64,000 nt of DNA from a virus (Duplodnaviria; Caudoviricetes), in the IMG/VR virus record IMGVR_UViG_3300008262_000013; one strand, written 5' to 3'. Under the pieces are notes generated by a model that searched no databases, was not told where the DNA came from, and was given only the letters and a program-made list of their open reading frames with translations. Of the stretch, positions 38,261 through 48,249 are shown in pieces. Each line of letters starts with the position of its first letter. The first letter of the stretch is position 1. A program made the position numbers and the translations under genes.

Positions 38261-38710
38261 ATGAAATTAACAAAAATACTTTTAATTGGTCTATTATCTT
38301 TCGCTGGTATAGGAAATGTTTATGCTGACAAAACAGCAAAAGGTGTAACGTATGATGCACAAATTGTACGGGTAAATGATGGTGATACTGTAGTGATTGC
38401 AGCACCCTTTTTACCTTTGCCATTAAAACCTGAATTAGCAGTTCGTATCTATGGTGTAGATACGCCAGAAAAAGGCCATAGAGCTCAATGTCCAAGTGAA
38501 GATCAACGTGGTCAAGCAGCAACTGTGTTTACTAAAAATCTAGTTGCAAAGTCCATTAAACGACAAGTCACACTCTATGGTTGGGATAAATTTGGTGGTC
38601 GTGTCTTGGGTGATATGATTCTAGATGGTCAAAGTCTCCGTAGTATGTTGATTCAAAACGGTTTCGCTCGGGAATATTTTGGTGAAGCCAAACAATCTTG
38701 GTGTCAATAA
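38261..38710 (+). CDS. Staphylococcal-nuclease-like (thermonuclease) protein with signal peptide
   Basis: V.DGDT, VRIYGVDTPE, DKFGGRVL, GFAREY. Confidence 0.85.
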   Translation: MKLTKILLIGLLSFAGIGNVYADKTAKGVTYDAQIVRVNDGDTVVIAAPFLPLPLKPELAVRIYGVDTPEKGHRAQCPSEDQRGQAATVFTKNLVAKSIKRQVTLYGWDKFGGRVLGDMILDGQSLRSMLIQNGFAREYFGEAKQSWCQ

Positions 38711-38859
38711 TGGCTTCGTTGAAACACACTTGTGGGGCATGTTCCTCAGAGTTTACAATTAAATATGATGAAAGTAAATGTGAAGATGATCCACACTACT
38801 GTCCATTTTGCGGTGAATATTTAATTGAAACTGAGGATTTTGGTGATGATGACGAATGA
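38710..38859 (+). CDS. Zn-ribbon protein (49 aa) with acidic tail
   Basis: Below the cutoff. CGAC...CPFCG. Confidence 0.65.
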   Translation: MASLKHTCGACSSEFTIKYDESKCEDDPHYCPFCGEYLIETEDFGDDDE

Positions 38860-39260
38860 CCTGGTATTTTCATAATACAGGTGAAGAATTTACCGAAGAA
38901 AATATAGACGGCCATTTTGGGTTTGTATATCTAATCACACATACTCAAAGTGGTCGTAAATATATTGGTAAAAAATTCTTCACCAAATCTAAGACTACAC
39001 AAGTTAAAGGTAAGAAAAAGAAAACCCGAGTATCGTCTGATTGGATGACATACTGGGGTTCTAATTTATTACTACAAGAAGAAGTTAAAAAAAATGGTGA
39101 AGATCAATACGTAAGAGAGATACTTCACCTCTGTAAAACTAAATCAGAATTGTCTTATTACGAAACGTGGGAGATATTCTCTCGCCACGCACTATTGAAT
39201 GAATCTTACTACAATCAATGGGTTTCTTGTAAGATTACAAAAAAACATTTACTTAAGTAA
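38856..39260 (+). CDS. GIY-YIG endonuclease
   Basis: GFVYLIT..RKYIGKK, Y.GS, E, YYN.W. Confidence 0.85.
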   Translation: MTWYFHNTGEEFTEENIDGHFGFVYLITHTQSGRKYIGKKFFTKSKTTQVKGKKKKTRVSSDWMTYWGSNLLLQEEVKKNGEDQYVREILHLCKTKSELSYYETWEIFSRHALLNESYYNQWVSCKITKKHLLK

Positions 39261-39551
39261 TTTTGTATTGTTTTCAGGATTCATTGACAACATATTGGAG
39301 AATATCTTCTGAGTTTCTTCATTAGATTTCACCATCTCATTCCTAAAACTTTCAACAGCTGCACCAGTTTGACGAGACATTCCTGAATTTTCAATCAGTA
39401 ACATAGGAATAAAAGTCATAGCACAATTCCATTCTTCAACTTGCTTACCTGTATTGATATCATAACCTTCAACTTTAGTAAACCATGCACATTTAAACTG
39501 TACACATTCTTCTTTCATTATAGGACAAAATGTTCCTGGTTTTAATTGCAT
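39249..39551 (-). CDS. Cys-containing hypothetical protein
   Basis: CP..KEEC..FKCAW; AAGGAGA supports ATG at 39551. Confidence 0.6.
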   Translation of the reverse strand: MQLKPGTFCPIMKEECVQFKCAWFTKVEGYDINTGKQVEEWNCAMTFIPMLLIENSGMSRQTGAAVESFRNEMVKSNEETQKIFSNMLSMNPENNTKLLK

Positions 39552-39564
39552 AATATAATCTCCT

Positions 39565-40725
39565 TTAAACAAACCAAGTAATAATAGAATATCTAGTGCC
39601 TTTGATTACAGGCATGATTTCGTGTGGATACATAAAATTTGAAGGGAACATGATTACTGATCCTTTCTTTAAATTATAAATCAACTCTCTATCAAAGAAA
39701 GCAAATTCTCCACCTCCAAAATCATCATTTAGTGCGAAAGAACAAGACACTGCTCTAGGATGTTTTTTGTATGAATCTGTATGTTGCCGGTAAAATTGCC
39801 CTACCTCATACTTTAATAAATCATATCCAGAATCTTCTTCTATTTGACTTAGTGGGAAAATATCATTATATTTTCTAATGACCTCATTTGCAACTTTATA
39901 AAGTCTATCATCTAAAAGTTTTCTTATTTCGGGATTTTTTAAAATTGTATTTTCGTGTGAAATAGGAATTGTATTTACATTTCTAGCATTTAAATTCATT
40001 TCCTCGTATCCTACTCCAGCAAGACACCAATTATCATCATTCTTATACTCATTTATAATTTCATCACATAGTGAGTAGGGAATAATATCTTCATAAATTT
40101 GAATGAAATCTGATATTTTATTTTTGGAGTTTATTTTAACTGGTGTTGTTTTTTCTTGTTTCACACTTTCTTCTTTTTTGATTGGAGAATCTTTTTTCTT
40201 ATCAAAATAAGTATAAGCTTTATCACCTCTACTTCTTACATAATGTAAAAATACCTGAACATATTCTTTACCTAAAAATTGATTTCTCCAATGATCAGCA
40301 ACACATCCCAAATAAAGCATTGCATCACCTGGTTTTAGAATCAATTCAACTTCATTACCATCAGGAGTTTCAATATAAATTGGCCAATCTTCATCACCAT
40401 CTAAATGTACAGTTAAACTTATTTCGCAAGCATCTCTATCCCTATGTCTTTCCAAAACACTACCATCTTTATACACTCTAGCATAACTATATGTTGGTAA
40501 AACGGTTTCACCTATAATTGTGCTCACCGTTGGTACTTTATCACATAGCATTTCTAAAAAGTCTATGAAATTATATTCCGCTGAAGAATTTGGAGCTTGA
40601 TTGTCTCCTTGAACCTCATTTTGTTTACAGTGACTTTTGAAGTTGGAAGCCATGACTTTTGCAGCGGCTTCACTAATGAAGTTGGGAATATAGATATAAT
40701 TATTTTCAGTTAATGATTTATTCAT
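39565..40725 (-). CDS. Tandem double 2OG-Fe(II) oxygenase
   Basis: Domain 1 HRDR..CEIS...HWR; domain 2 HTD...GGGEF...HEI..GTRYS; likely start MNKS at 40725. Confidence 0.85.
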   Translation of the reverse strand: MNKSLTENNYIYIPNFISEAAAKVMASNFKSHCKQNEVQGDNQAPNSSAEYNFIDFLEMLCDKVPTVSTIIGETVLPTYSYARVYKDGSVLERHRDRDACEISLTVHLDGDEDWPIYIETPDGNEVELILKPGDAMLYLGCVADHWRNQFLGKEYVQVFLHYVRSRGDKAYTYFDKKKDSPIKKEESVKQEKTTPVKINSKNKISDFIQIYEDIIPYSLCDEIINEYKNDDNWCLAGVGYEEMNLNARNVNTIPISHENTILKNPEIRKLLDDRLYKVANEVIRKYNDIFPLSQIEEDSGYDLLKYEVGQFYRQHTDSYKKHPRAVSCSFALNDDFGGGEFAFFDRELIYNLKKGSVIMFPSNFMYPHEIMPVIKGTRYSIITWFV

Positions 40726-40744
40726 AATATAATCACTTTTTAAT

Positions 40745-41104
40745 TTAATTGTTTTCTGCTGCAGCTGCGGCTTCATCAGCAGCATCTGATGCCGCTAGTG
40801 CAGCTTGTTTTATATTATATGCTTGCAACCATACATCATAACAGTTGATAGCCCATTGTGGTAATTCAGTTATATTTTCATTAGGATCGGTCGATCTAAA
40901 TTCTAACCAACCAGATCCTTGGCCATATTGCAATCCATTTAGATGGGAATTTTGTTTATCTGGCCAAATGGGATTATTCCATTGTAATGCATGTATATTA
41001 TCTGGTATTCCACATTGAGATAAGTCTAACTCTGATAAACCTTCTTGGTCTGTAACGACAATACCATCAACAGGAATTACTACTAATTTATGTGTTTGAA
41101 TCAT
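40745..41104 (-). CDS. Tail-fibre-associated protein
   Basis: IHALQW..GWLEF pattern; position in the fibre module. Confidence 0.45.
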   Translation of the reverse strand: MIQTHKLVVIPVDGIVVTDQEGLSELDLSQCGIPDNIHALQWNNPIWPDKQNSHLNGLQYGQGSGWLEFRSTDPNENITELPQWAINCYDVWLQAYNIKQAALAASDAADEAAAAAENN

Positions 41105-41149
41105 AAAAATTGCCTTTCGGTTAAAAACGAATATACTATTATATATGAA

Positions 41150-41653
41150 TTAGTTTAAAGAAGCAATAATAACATCAATATAATTTACACCTATTGTAGA
41201 ATTTGGACCAAAAACATTACCACTAGCGGTAATTGTAATTGAGTGATTGTGCGCTCCTGAACTACCTACTGATGCGCCTATCGGCCCACCGGCCGGTACG
41301 GCAGTAGTCATAACGGGTACAGCAGGAGTTATTGGAGATGTAGCATTTGTGGGTGTGGTAGCAGTTCCAATAGCAAATCTATTTGTTGATGGCGCAACAG
41401 CATGAAGGTGATATGGTAACTGAGCTCCAGTTAAGGTATGGTTACCTACTGTATAAGGAACAGCAACCGATGAAAAAATATATGATGTAGTATTAAAACC
41501 TGTTGTGAAATCGACAGTACCTCCAGAACTCAAAGACGATCCATTTACTACTCGAAGTGCGTGATTATTATAATTCACAGTTTCTTTCGTCCAACCAGTG
41601 GGTGCGGATGTTTGATGAAAAATTGTTGTTGTTCCAGAATCAAAAATAGCCAC
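41150..41653 (-). CDS. Tail-collar/needle-tip-like protein, paralog 3
   Basis: APTGWTK, ALRV, HLH and HNH motifs, V.YIDVIIA. Confidence 0.65.
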   Translation of the reverse strand: MAIFDSGTTTIFHQTSAPTGWTKETVNYNNHALRVVNGSSLSSGGTVDFTTGFNTTSYIFSSVAVPYTVGNHTLTGAQLPYHLHAVAPSTNRFAIGTATTPTNATSPITPAVPVMTTAVPAGGPIGASVGSSGAHNHSITITASGNVFGPNSTIGVNYIDVIIASLN

Positions 41654-41655
41654 GA

Positions 41656-42153
41656 TTAACTCCTAACCGCTATAATAGTGTCAACATATTTTATATTCAA
41701 ATTTATTTCTGAATTAACTCCACTCTGATTAATTGAACCAGTAACGGCTACAGTTCCAATTGGATGAGTATGTGATCCTCCACCACCAGGGTTATTACTA
41801 AAAGTAACTGGTGCTCCCGCTGGGGTACGAGCTACGTTCGTATTACCTGCACCACCTCGTCTAGTTAACAATGCGGATGGGTGTGTTATGGTAGTGTGAT
41901 TATGCGTTGTCATTGCCGCATCGTCTATCACAGTGGCGTTTACAGCAGAATAAGAAAGTCCAGGTGCCGGTACACCAATGCTATTATAATTTTTAAAAAC
42001 TGTAGAAAAAGACTCTCCTGTAGTTCTATTAATAACAGAACCGGTAGTTACTCTTAGTGCATAATTATCATATGTAGTATCTTTTGTCCATCCCGTTGGT
42101 GGAGTGGTCATTTTCATTATTGTTCTTGATCCTGATTCTATAACTAATGCCAT
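41656..42153 (-). CDS. Tail-collar/needle-tip-like protein, paralog 2
   Basis: PPTGWTKDT, ALRV, HNH and HTH, IKYVDTIIA. Confidence 0.65.
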   Translation of the reverse strand: MALVIESGSRTIMKMTTPPTGWTKDTTYDNYALRVTTGSVINRTTGESFSTVFKNYNSIGVPAPGLSYSAVNATVIDDAAMTTHNHTTITHPSALLTRRGGAGNTNVARTPAGAPVTFSNNPGGGGSHTHPIGTVAVTGSINQSGVNSEINLNIKYVDTIIAVRS

Positions 42154-42154
42154 A

Positions 42155-42715
42155 TTAAGTCCTTGTTGCTAAAATTGAATCCACATATTTAATAGCTAAA
42201 TTTACTGTGGTGAAGGTTACAGGACTTGTTGCTGGATTTAACGGATGATCATGAGCAGTTGCTGTAACTCCAGGATTAACACCACCTGGATTTACCACAC
42301 CAGGTGTAAAATTGTTAGATACTGTTCTGGCTATTGATGGTCCTGGTATTACAGGAGAAGTTGTGCTGGCAGCAACAGTTGCTGCAGCAGGATAAGGTCC
42401 GTGGTTGTGGGAGGGTATCATACTAGATGTAAGTGATGTTCCTCCTACAGTTCCAGTTACCGATAGACTACCTGTTAAAGATTTAGATGACATAACGGAA
42501 GAAAATCCTGATGATCCTCCACTTGATACTGATCCTGTAACACATCGTAAAGTATAATCGGTATCTGAAGTGTCTTTAACCCATCCTGTTGGTGCGGATC
42601 CTTGTAAAACAAAGACCATAGTGGCACCTTGATAATTAGCTTGCTCTGGATCAGTTGCTACCGAACCAATTACAGAATTTAAAACGAATGTGTTTATCGA
42701 AGATAATCTAGGCAT
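42155..42715 (-). CDS. Tail-collar/needle-tip-like protein, paralog 1
   Basis: APTGWVKDT, TLRC, HNH and HDH, IKYVDSILA. Confidence 0.65.
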   Translation of the reverse strand: MPRLSSINTFVLNSVIGSVATDPEQANYQGATMVFVLQGSAPTGWVKDTSDTDYTLRCVTGSVSSGGSSGFSSVMSSKSLTGSLSVTGTVGGTSLTSSMIPSHNHGPYPAAATVAASTTSPVIPGPSIARTVSNNFTPGVVNPGGVNPGVTATAHDHPLNPATSPVTFTTVNLAIKYVDSILATRT

Positions 42716-42717
42716 AT

Positions 42718-45700
42718 TTAACCAAATGTAATCTCAGAACCAAATACAGACCATGCAGATCCTATTCTTAATAAATTAAATGAATAAAATTCAGTTTTGT
42801 TTGCTGTTGGTGTGGGTGCTGCACCGCCAGCCCAATTAATTGTTTGTGCTGCGCCATCTATTTGTACGGCATTTGGTATATATCCTGTTGCACCTTGTAC
42901 TATAACAATCGTAACTGTAATAGATCGACTTGTTGTGGTTGGTACATTTGTAAAATTCGCAGTAAAGTTTGCTGCAGCACTTGTGTGATAAAAAACAGAA
43001 CCATCAGTTAAGTTATGAGTTACTGTTCCTGTAGCACCAGTTAATGTACTTAAAACTTCTGTTACTTCTTGTAAAGTGGTGAATCCTGTTACTGTTAAAT
43101 CACCAGAAATTGTACCACCAGCTGTAGCTAGTCGAGTGTTTGCAGAAGCAAAAGCACCATTAGCATACAAACTCGCTGATGTTACAGTGTTAGCGGTAGT
43201 GAATGATGAATTAGCATATGATCCAGCTGTTACAGCTTTACTATCTGCGGTATTTGCTACACCAAATGCCGAATTAGCATATGATCCAGATGTTACTGCT
43301 TTACTGTCGGCAGTATTAGCTGAACCAAATGCCGAGTTAGCATAGTTACCAGCTGTTACAGCCTTACCATCAGCGGTAGATGCATTTGTTGTAGCAGTAT
43401 TAGCTTGACCATAAGCTGAATTAGCATATGATCCAGCACTTGTGGCCTTTTGATCAGCAGTAGTAGCATTGGTAGTTGCTGTATTAGCTTGAGTATAAGC
43501 TGAATTAGCATAGTTACCAGCTGTTACTGCTTTACTGTCAGCAGTAGCAGCATCGGTAGTTGCTGTATTTGCTTGCGTGTAAGCTGAATTAGCATATGAT
43601 CCAGATGTTACTGCTTTACTGTCTGACGTATTAGCAACACTAAATGCAGAGTTAGCATAGTTACCAGCATCAACAGCTTTAGAATCAGCTGTAGATGCAT
43701 TTGTTGTAGCAGTATTCGCAGCAGCAAAAGCACTATTAGCATAGTTACCAGCTGTTACTGCTTTACCATCAGCTGTAGCAGCATTAGTAGTTGCGGTATT
43801 AGCTTGAGTATAAGCTCCATTAGCATAAGATCCTGCTGTTACAGCTTTACCATCAGCAGTTGCAGCATTAGTCGTAGCAGTATTAGCTTGACCATAAGCA
43901 CTATTAGCATAGTTACCAGCTGTTACAGCTTTACCATCAGCTGTAGATGCATTTGTTGTAGCAGTATTAGCTTGAGTATAGGATGAGTTAGCGTAATCAC
44001 CTGCCGTTAAAGCTTTAGAGTCAGCAGTAGTAGCATTGGTAGTTGCTGTATTAGCTTGACCATAAGCTGAATTAGCATAGTTACCTGCTGTTACTGCTTT
44101 ACTATCTGAGGTATTAGCTAAAGCAAAGGCAGCATTAGCATATGATCCAGCTGTTACAGCTTTACCATCAGCTGTAGCAGCATTAGTTGTGGCTGTGTTT
44201 GCTTGACTATAAGATGAATTGGCATAACTAGATGCAGCATTAGCAGTGTCTCTAGCATATTGGTCTGAACTACTGGCGCCTGTATTAGCGGCTGCAAATG
44301 CCGCATTGGCGTATGTTCCAGCCGTTACAGCTTTTTGGTCTGCTGTATTAGCTGCAGCAAAAGCGCCATTTGCATATGAACTAGAACTTACAGCTGTTTG
44401 ACTAGTAGTGTTAGCTGTATCATATAAAACTTTAATTACATTTGCGGAAGTTAAATTTGCAAATGTCAGATTACCTGAACCATCGGTTCTAATATAATCA
44501 TCATTTGAACCACCTGTAATATGAAGGTTTGCAATTGGTCCCAATAAAACACTCTTTGCGATACTTGAATCTACATTAGAACGAATGTTAATCGTATTGC
44601 TTGAACCAATGATACGCATTTGTTCATTTTCTTCATTCATGCCACCAGCAGTAAATATGACATCATTTTCTAAAAGTGTACCAATTACAAGGCCACCACC
44701 GCCCGTGACTGTATTGCCAGACACATACAAGTAACCATCATTTGGACCAACTAACGTAAATTCAGGATCGGCATGCAGACTACTAGCAATACCCATGTCA
44801 ATATAAGTATCATTTTCAGTACCGTTATCGGCCGTAGCAACATAATCAGATGATGCGTTATTTCCAGGATTAATGTTTTGAATGTTTATTTGAGAGTAAT
44901 TATCCTCATTTGTTGATGCTTGAAATACTGTATGTGGCTGATAGTCATATCCAACAGGAATACCAGCATATAATGCGTTATGCCCGTTCGCTTCACCAAA
45001 AAATTGACCACTATTACCAGTGACAGTTACAGAAGTAACATTTCCTGTAAAACTAACATTTCCTAAGACACTAAGATCATAGAGGATAGTAACGTTACCA
45101 GAGATTGTGCCGCCCGATGAACTAAATTTGGTGTTGGCATCAGCAAATGCAGCGTTTGCGTAAATTGCTGTTGTGTTTGCTGCACCAAAAGCTGAGTTAG
45201 CATAACTACCAGCACTCACTGCTTTACTGTCAGCAGTATTCGCTGTATTAAAAGAAGAATTGGCATAACTTGATGCCGCATTAGCAGTATCTCTAGCTAA
45301 AGTATCTGGCACTCCTGTATTTGCGGCCGCAAATGCTGCATTAGCATAAAGACCAGAACTATTAGCAGTATAAAATCCTGAATTGGCATAACTAGATGCA
45401 GCGTTTGCAGTATCTCTAGCCCAAGAATCGGTAATACCACTATTGGCCACAGCAAAAGCAGCATTAGCATAGTTACCAGCAGAAATAGAATTGACATCTG
45501 CTGTGTTGGCAATACCAAACGCTGCATTAGCATAACTGCCAGCTGTTACTGCTTTACCATCAGCTGTAGCAGCATTTGTAGTTGCAGTGTTTGCTTGAGT
45601 ATAAGCAGAGTTAGCATATTGTCCTGCATCAACAGCTTTACCATCAGCTGTAGCAGCATTTGTAGTTGCTGTATTAGCCACACTAAAGGACGAATTAGCA

Positions 45701-46953
45701 TATGATCCTGCACTTACAGCTTTACTGTCGGCAGTTGCTGCATTTGTAGTTGCTGTATTTGCTTGTGTGTAAGCTGAGTTAGCATAACTACCAGCACTTA
45801 CCGCTTTACTGTCAGATGTATTTGCTTGAGTATATGCTGAGTTAGCATAGTTACCAGATGTTACTGCTTTACTATCTGCGGTATTTGCTTGAGTGTATGC
45901 TGAGTTAGCATAACCACCAACATCAATAATTTTAGAATCTACTGTGTTAGCAGCACCATAAGCACTGTTAGCATAAACTCCGGATGATACTGCTTTGCTG
46001 TCGGCAGTCGCAGCATTTGTAGTTGCAGTGTTCGCAACACCAAATGCCGAGTTGGCATAGTTACCAGCTGTTACTGCTTTAGAATCAACAGTGTTGGCCT
46101 CACTGAAGGCAGCGTTGGCATAAATGCCAGCTGTTACAGCCTTACCATCAGCGGTAGATGCATTAGTGATTGCGGTATTAGATTGACCATAGGCTGAGTT
46201 AGCGTATTCTCCAGCACTTGTGGCCTTTTGATCAGCTGTAGTTGAATTTGTTGTTGCTGTATTAGCTTGAGTATATGCTGAATTGGCATAAGATGAACCA
46301 CTATTAGCGGCACCAAATGCTGAATTAGAATATGATGCAGTACTTACAGCTTTATCATCAGCTGTAGCAGCATTGGTTACGGCCGTATTGGCTTGACCAA
46401 AGGCAGTATTAGCATATTCTCCAGCACTTACTGCTTTACTATCGGCTGTTGCAGCATTAATAGTTGCGGTGTTTGCTTGACTGTATGCTGTATTCGCATA
46501 GTTACCAGCTGTTACTGCTTTACCATCAGCTGTAGATGCATTTGTTGTGGCGGTATTAGCTTGACTATACGCAGAGTTAGCATATGATCCCGCATTTACA
46601 GCTTTAGTGTCTGCCACTCCAGCATTTGTAGTTGCATTGTTGGCCTGACTGTATGCTGAGTTTGCATAACTACCTGCTATAACAGAAGTATTGGCTTTAT
46701 TGAAGGCCGAATTCGCTTCGTTAAATGCACTATTAGCATAAAAAGCGGCACTATTCGCTGTATCTCTAGCGTAACTATCTATGCTACCCGATGATGCTGT
46801 ATTCGCCGCAGAAAATGCCTGATTGGCGTAAGATGCTGCGGAGTTAGCCGCAGCAAAAGCAGAAGATATGTTTGCTGCTACTTCTGTACTTAAATCGGAC
46901 TGTTGAATTGATCCTGGTTCAATTAATCCGCCTGTTAGTTGTGTTAATGGCAT
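42718..46953 (-). CDS. Long tail fibre with Ala/Asn/Thr coiled-coil repeats
   Basis: Dozens of AD(G/S)KAVTAG(N/S)YANSA(Y/F) units around a central non-repeat domain; beta-rich C-terminal tip. Confidence 0.75.
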   Translation of the reverse strand: MPLTQLTGGLIEPGSIQQSDLSTEVAANISSAFAAANSAASYANQAFSAANTASSGSIDSYARDTANSAAFYANSAFNEANSAFNKANTSVIAGSYANSAYSQANNATTNAGVADTKAVNAGSYANSAYSQANTATTNASTADGKAVTAGNYANTAYSQANTATINAATADSKAVSAGEYANTAFGQANTAVTNAATADDKAVSTASYSNSAFGAANSGSSYANSAYTQANTATTNSTTADQKATSAGEYANSAYGQSNTAITNASTADGKAVTAGIYANAAFSEANTVDSKAVTAGNYANSAFGVANTATTNAATADSKAVSSGVYANSAYGAANTVDSKIIDVGGYANSAYTQANTADSKAVTSGNYANSAYTQANTSDSKAVSAGSYANSAYTQANTATTNAATADSKAVSAGSYANSSFSVANTATTNAATADGKAVDAGQYANSAYTQANTATTNAATADGKAVTAGSYANAAFGIANTADVNSISAGNYANAAFAVANSGITDSWARDTANAASSYANSGFYTANSSGLYANAAFAAANTGVPDTLARDTANAASSYANSSFNTANTADSKAVSAGSYANSAFGAANTTAIYANAAFADANTKFSSSGGTISGNVTILYDLSVLGNVSFTGNVTSVTVTGNSGQFFGEANGHNALYAGIPVGYDYQPHTVFQASTNEDNYSQINIQNINPGNNASSDYVATADNGTENDTYIDMGIASSLHADPEFTLVGPNDGYLYVSGNTVTGGGGLVIGTLLENDVIFTAGGMNEENEQMRIIGSSNTINIRSNVDSSIAKSVLLGPIANLHITGGSNDDYIRTDGSGNLTFANLTSANVIKVLYDTANTTSQTAVSSSSYANGAFAAANTADQKAVTAGTYANAAFAAANTGASSSDQYARDTANAASSYANSSYSQANTATTNAATADGKAVTAGSYANAAFALANTSDSKAVTAGNYANSAYGQANTATTNATTADSKALTAGDYANSSYTQANTATTNASTADGKAVTAGNYANSAYGQANTATTNAATADGKAVTAGSYANGAYTQANTATTNAATADGKAVTAGNYANSAFAAANTATTNASTADSKAVDAGNYANSAFSVANTSDSKAVTSGSYANSAYTQANTATTDAATADSKAVTAGNYANSAYTQANTATTNATTADQKATSAGSYANSAYGQANTATTNASTADGKAVTAGNYANSAFGSANTADSKAVTSGSYANSAFGVANTADSKAVTAGSYANSSFTTANTVTSASLYANGAFASANTRLATAGGTISGDLTVTGFTTLQEVTEVLSTLTGATGTVTHNLTDGSVFYHTSAAANFTANFTNVPTTTSRSITVTIVIVQGATGYIPNAVQIDGAAQTINWAGGAAPTPTANKTEFYSFNLLRIGSAWSVFGSEITFG
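43170..44400 (-). repeat. Coding tandem repeat array 2 (mostly 63/84-nt units)
   Basis: Same unit as array 1; boundaries approximate. Confidence 0.8.
45230..46830 (-). repeat. Coding tandem repeat array 1 (mostly 63/84-nt units)
   Basis: Recurrent gctgttactgcttta..atc and gttagcata; boundaries approximate. Confidence 0.8.
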
Positions 46954-46978
46954 ATCTTTTTCTTTTTATTTTTCGTGA

Positions 46979-47914
46979 TTAGAAAGTAATTGAACCTGAA
47001 CCTGTGAAAGTATAAATTTTAAATCCACCAGAAATTGTTAGTGTTGGAGATCCTGTGGTCGAAGCAGCATCCAGAAAATTTGAAGTATATCTTATAATTA
47101 CAATTCCGGAACCTCCTGCGCCTCCATTTCCAGTGCCTCCAGGACTATAAGAACCGCTGGCGCCGCCACCGCCGGTGTTTGTAGATCCACTTTGCCCTGC
47201 GCTTCCATTAGTACCTCCATCACCCGCTCCTCCTTTTTGAGAAGTTGTAGTAGTTCCTCCTCCGTATCCAGCCCTAGTCAGAGCTGTTGCTCGAGTGTCT
47301 TGTCCTGAGCCACCGCCGCCGGCATAATATGTTAAAGTTCCAGATATTGATGATTGAAGTGCTAATCCTCCATCAGAGGCGACAGTTACACCTGTTGTCC
47401 ATGTTTGTCCGTTACCTCCTGCTCCTCCACCTCCACCGGATGAAAATCTAGTAGAACCATCACCAGTTGCTGCACCGCCGGCATTTCCTTGGCCGGAACT
47501 TTGCACGGTGCCACCTGCGCCTCCGCCAGTAAACGTACTCAATCCACCGCCGCCGCCTGATCCACCGGTACCACCACTAGCACCATTATAAGATCCAAAA
47601 CCTCCTCCTATAGCAGTGACGCTACTAAAAACTGAGTTAGAACCTTTAGATCCACTGGCCGTGGTGCCTCCATTACCACCCGCGCCAACAGTAACAGTTA
47701 AAGAAGAACCTTTGGTTATAGAAAAATTAGTTGCTGTTAAAAGTCCTCCAGCTCCACCACCTCCAGAGGATGATCCGTATCCACCACCACCGCCACCCGC
47801 AACTACCAAATACTCGACCGTGGGAGTAGTTACGTTGCGCGAAGGATTCGAGGTGTCTCTTCTATTAAATCTTTGTGATCTAATATTTTGTTCTACAAAT
47901 GACTTGATCGCCAT
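46979..47914 (-). CDS. Glycine-rich virion/tail-associated protein
   Basis: VEYLVVAGGGGGG, YYAGGGGSG, GSGIVIIRY, IYTFTGSGS. Confidence 0.7.
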   Translation of the reverse strand: MAIKSFVEQNIRSQRFNRRDTSNPSRNVTTPTVEYLVVAGGGGGGYGSSSGGGGAGGLLTATNFSITKGSSLTVTVGAGGNGGTTASGSKGSNSVFSSVTAIGGGFGSYNGASGGTGGSGGGGGLSTFTGGGAGGTVQSSGQGNAGGAATGDGSTRFSSGGGGGAGGNGQTWTTGVTVASDGGLALQSSISGTLTYYAGGGGSGQDTRATALTRAGYGGGTTTTSQKGGAGDGGTNGSAGQSGSTNTGGGGASGSYSPGGTGNGGAGGSGIVIIRYTSNFLDAASTTGSPTLTISGGFKIYTFTGSGSITF

Positions 47915-47915
47915 A

Positions 47916-48248
47916 TTACGTTATCTCTGATCCAAAAATACCAAATGAAACATTAGATGATGAAGTATAAACAGTAACCACATCAGTATTTCCCAAAGTC
48001 AATCCCAAAGTCAATGCGATACTATCCACCGATTGAACCACATTGTTGTTTGTAATATAGTGTTTTGCAGCAATAGCTTCTCCGGCTGGGCGTACCGCAA
48101 TACTATAATTTGCATTTGCGGAAGTATTGGCATTTGCAATTGTAATTGTTGATATAACCGCTTGAGTCGCTGCTGGTACAGTATACAAAGTTGTATTTGT
48201 AAATGCTGTTGGATTTGATTGTCCTAGTACTTTGAAGGTTTGTGGCAT
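47916..48248 (-). CDS. Small beta-rich structural protein
   Basis: KVLGQSNP..TLYTVPA..FG.FGSEIT pattern. Confidence 0.55.
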   Translation of the reverse strand: MPQTFKVLGQSNPTAFTNTTLYTVPAATQAVISTITIANANTSANANYSIAVRPAGEAIAAKHYITNNNVVQSVDSIALTLGLTLGNTDVVTVYTSSSNVSFGIFGSEIT

Positions 48249-48249
48249 T

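Noticed and set aside
43170-46830. Long repeat arrays as a CRISPR array
   Set aside because: Units are degenerate at third codon positions, have no unique spacers and lie in one ORF; they are coding repeats.
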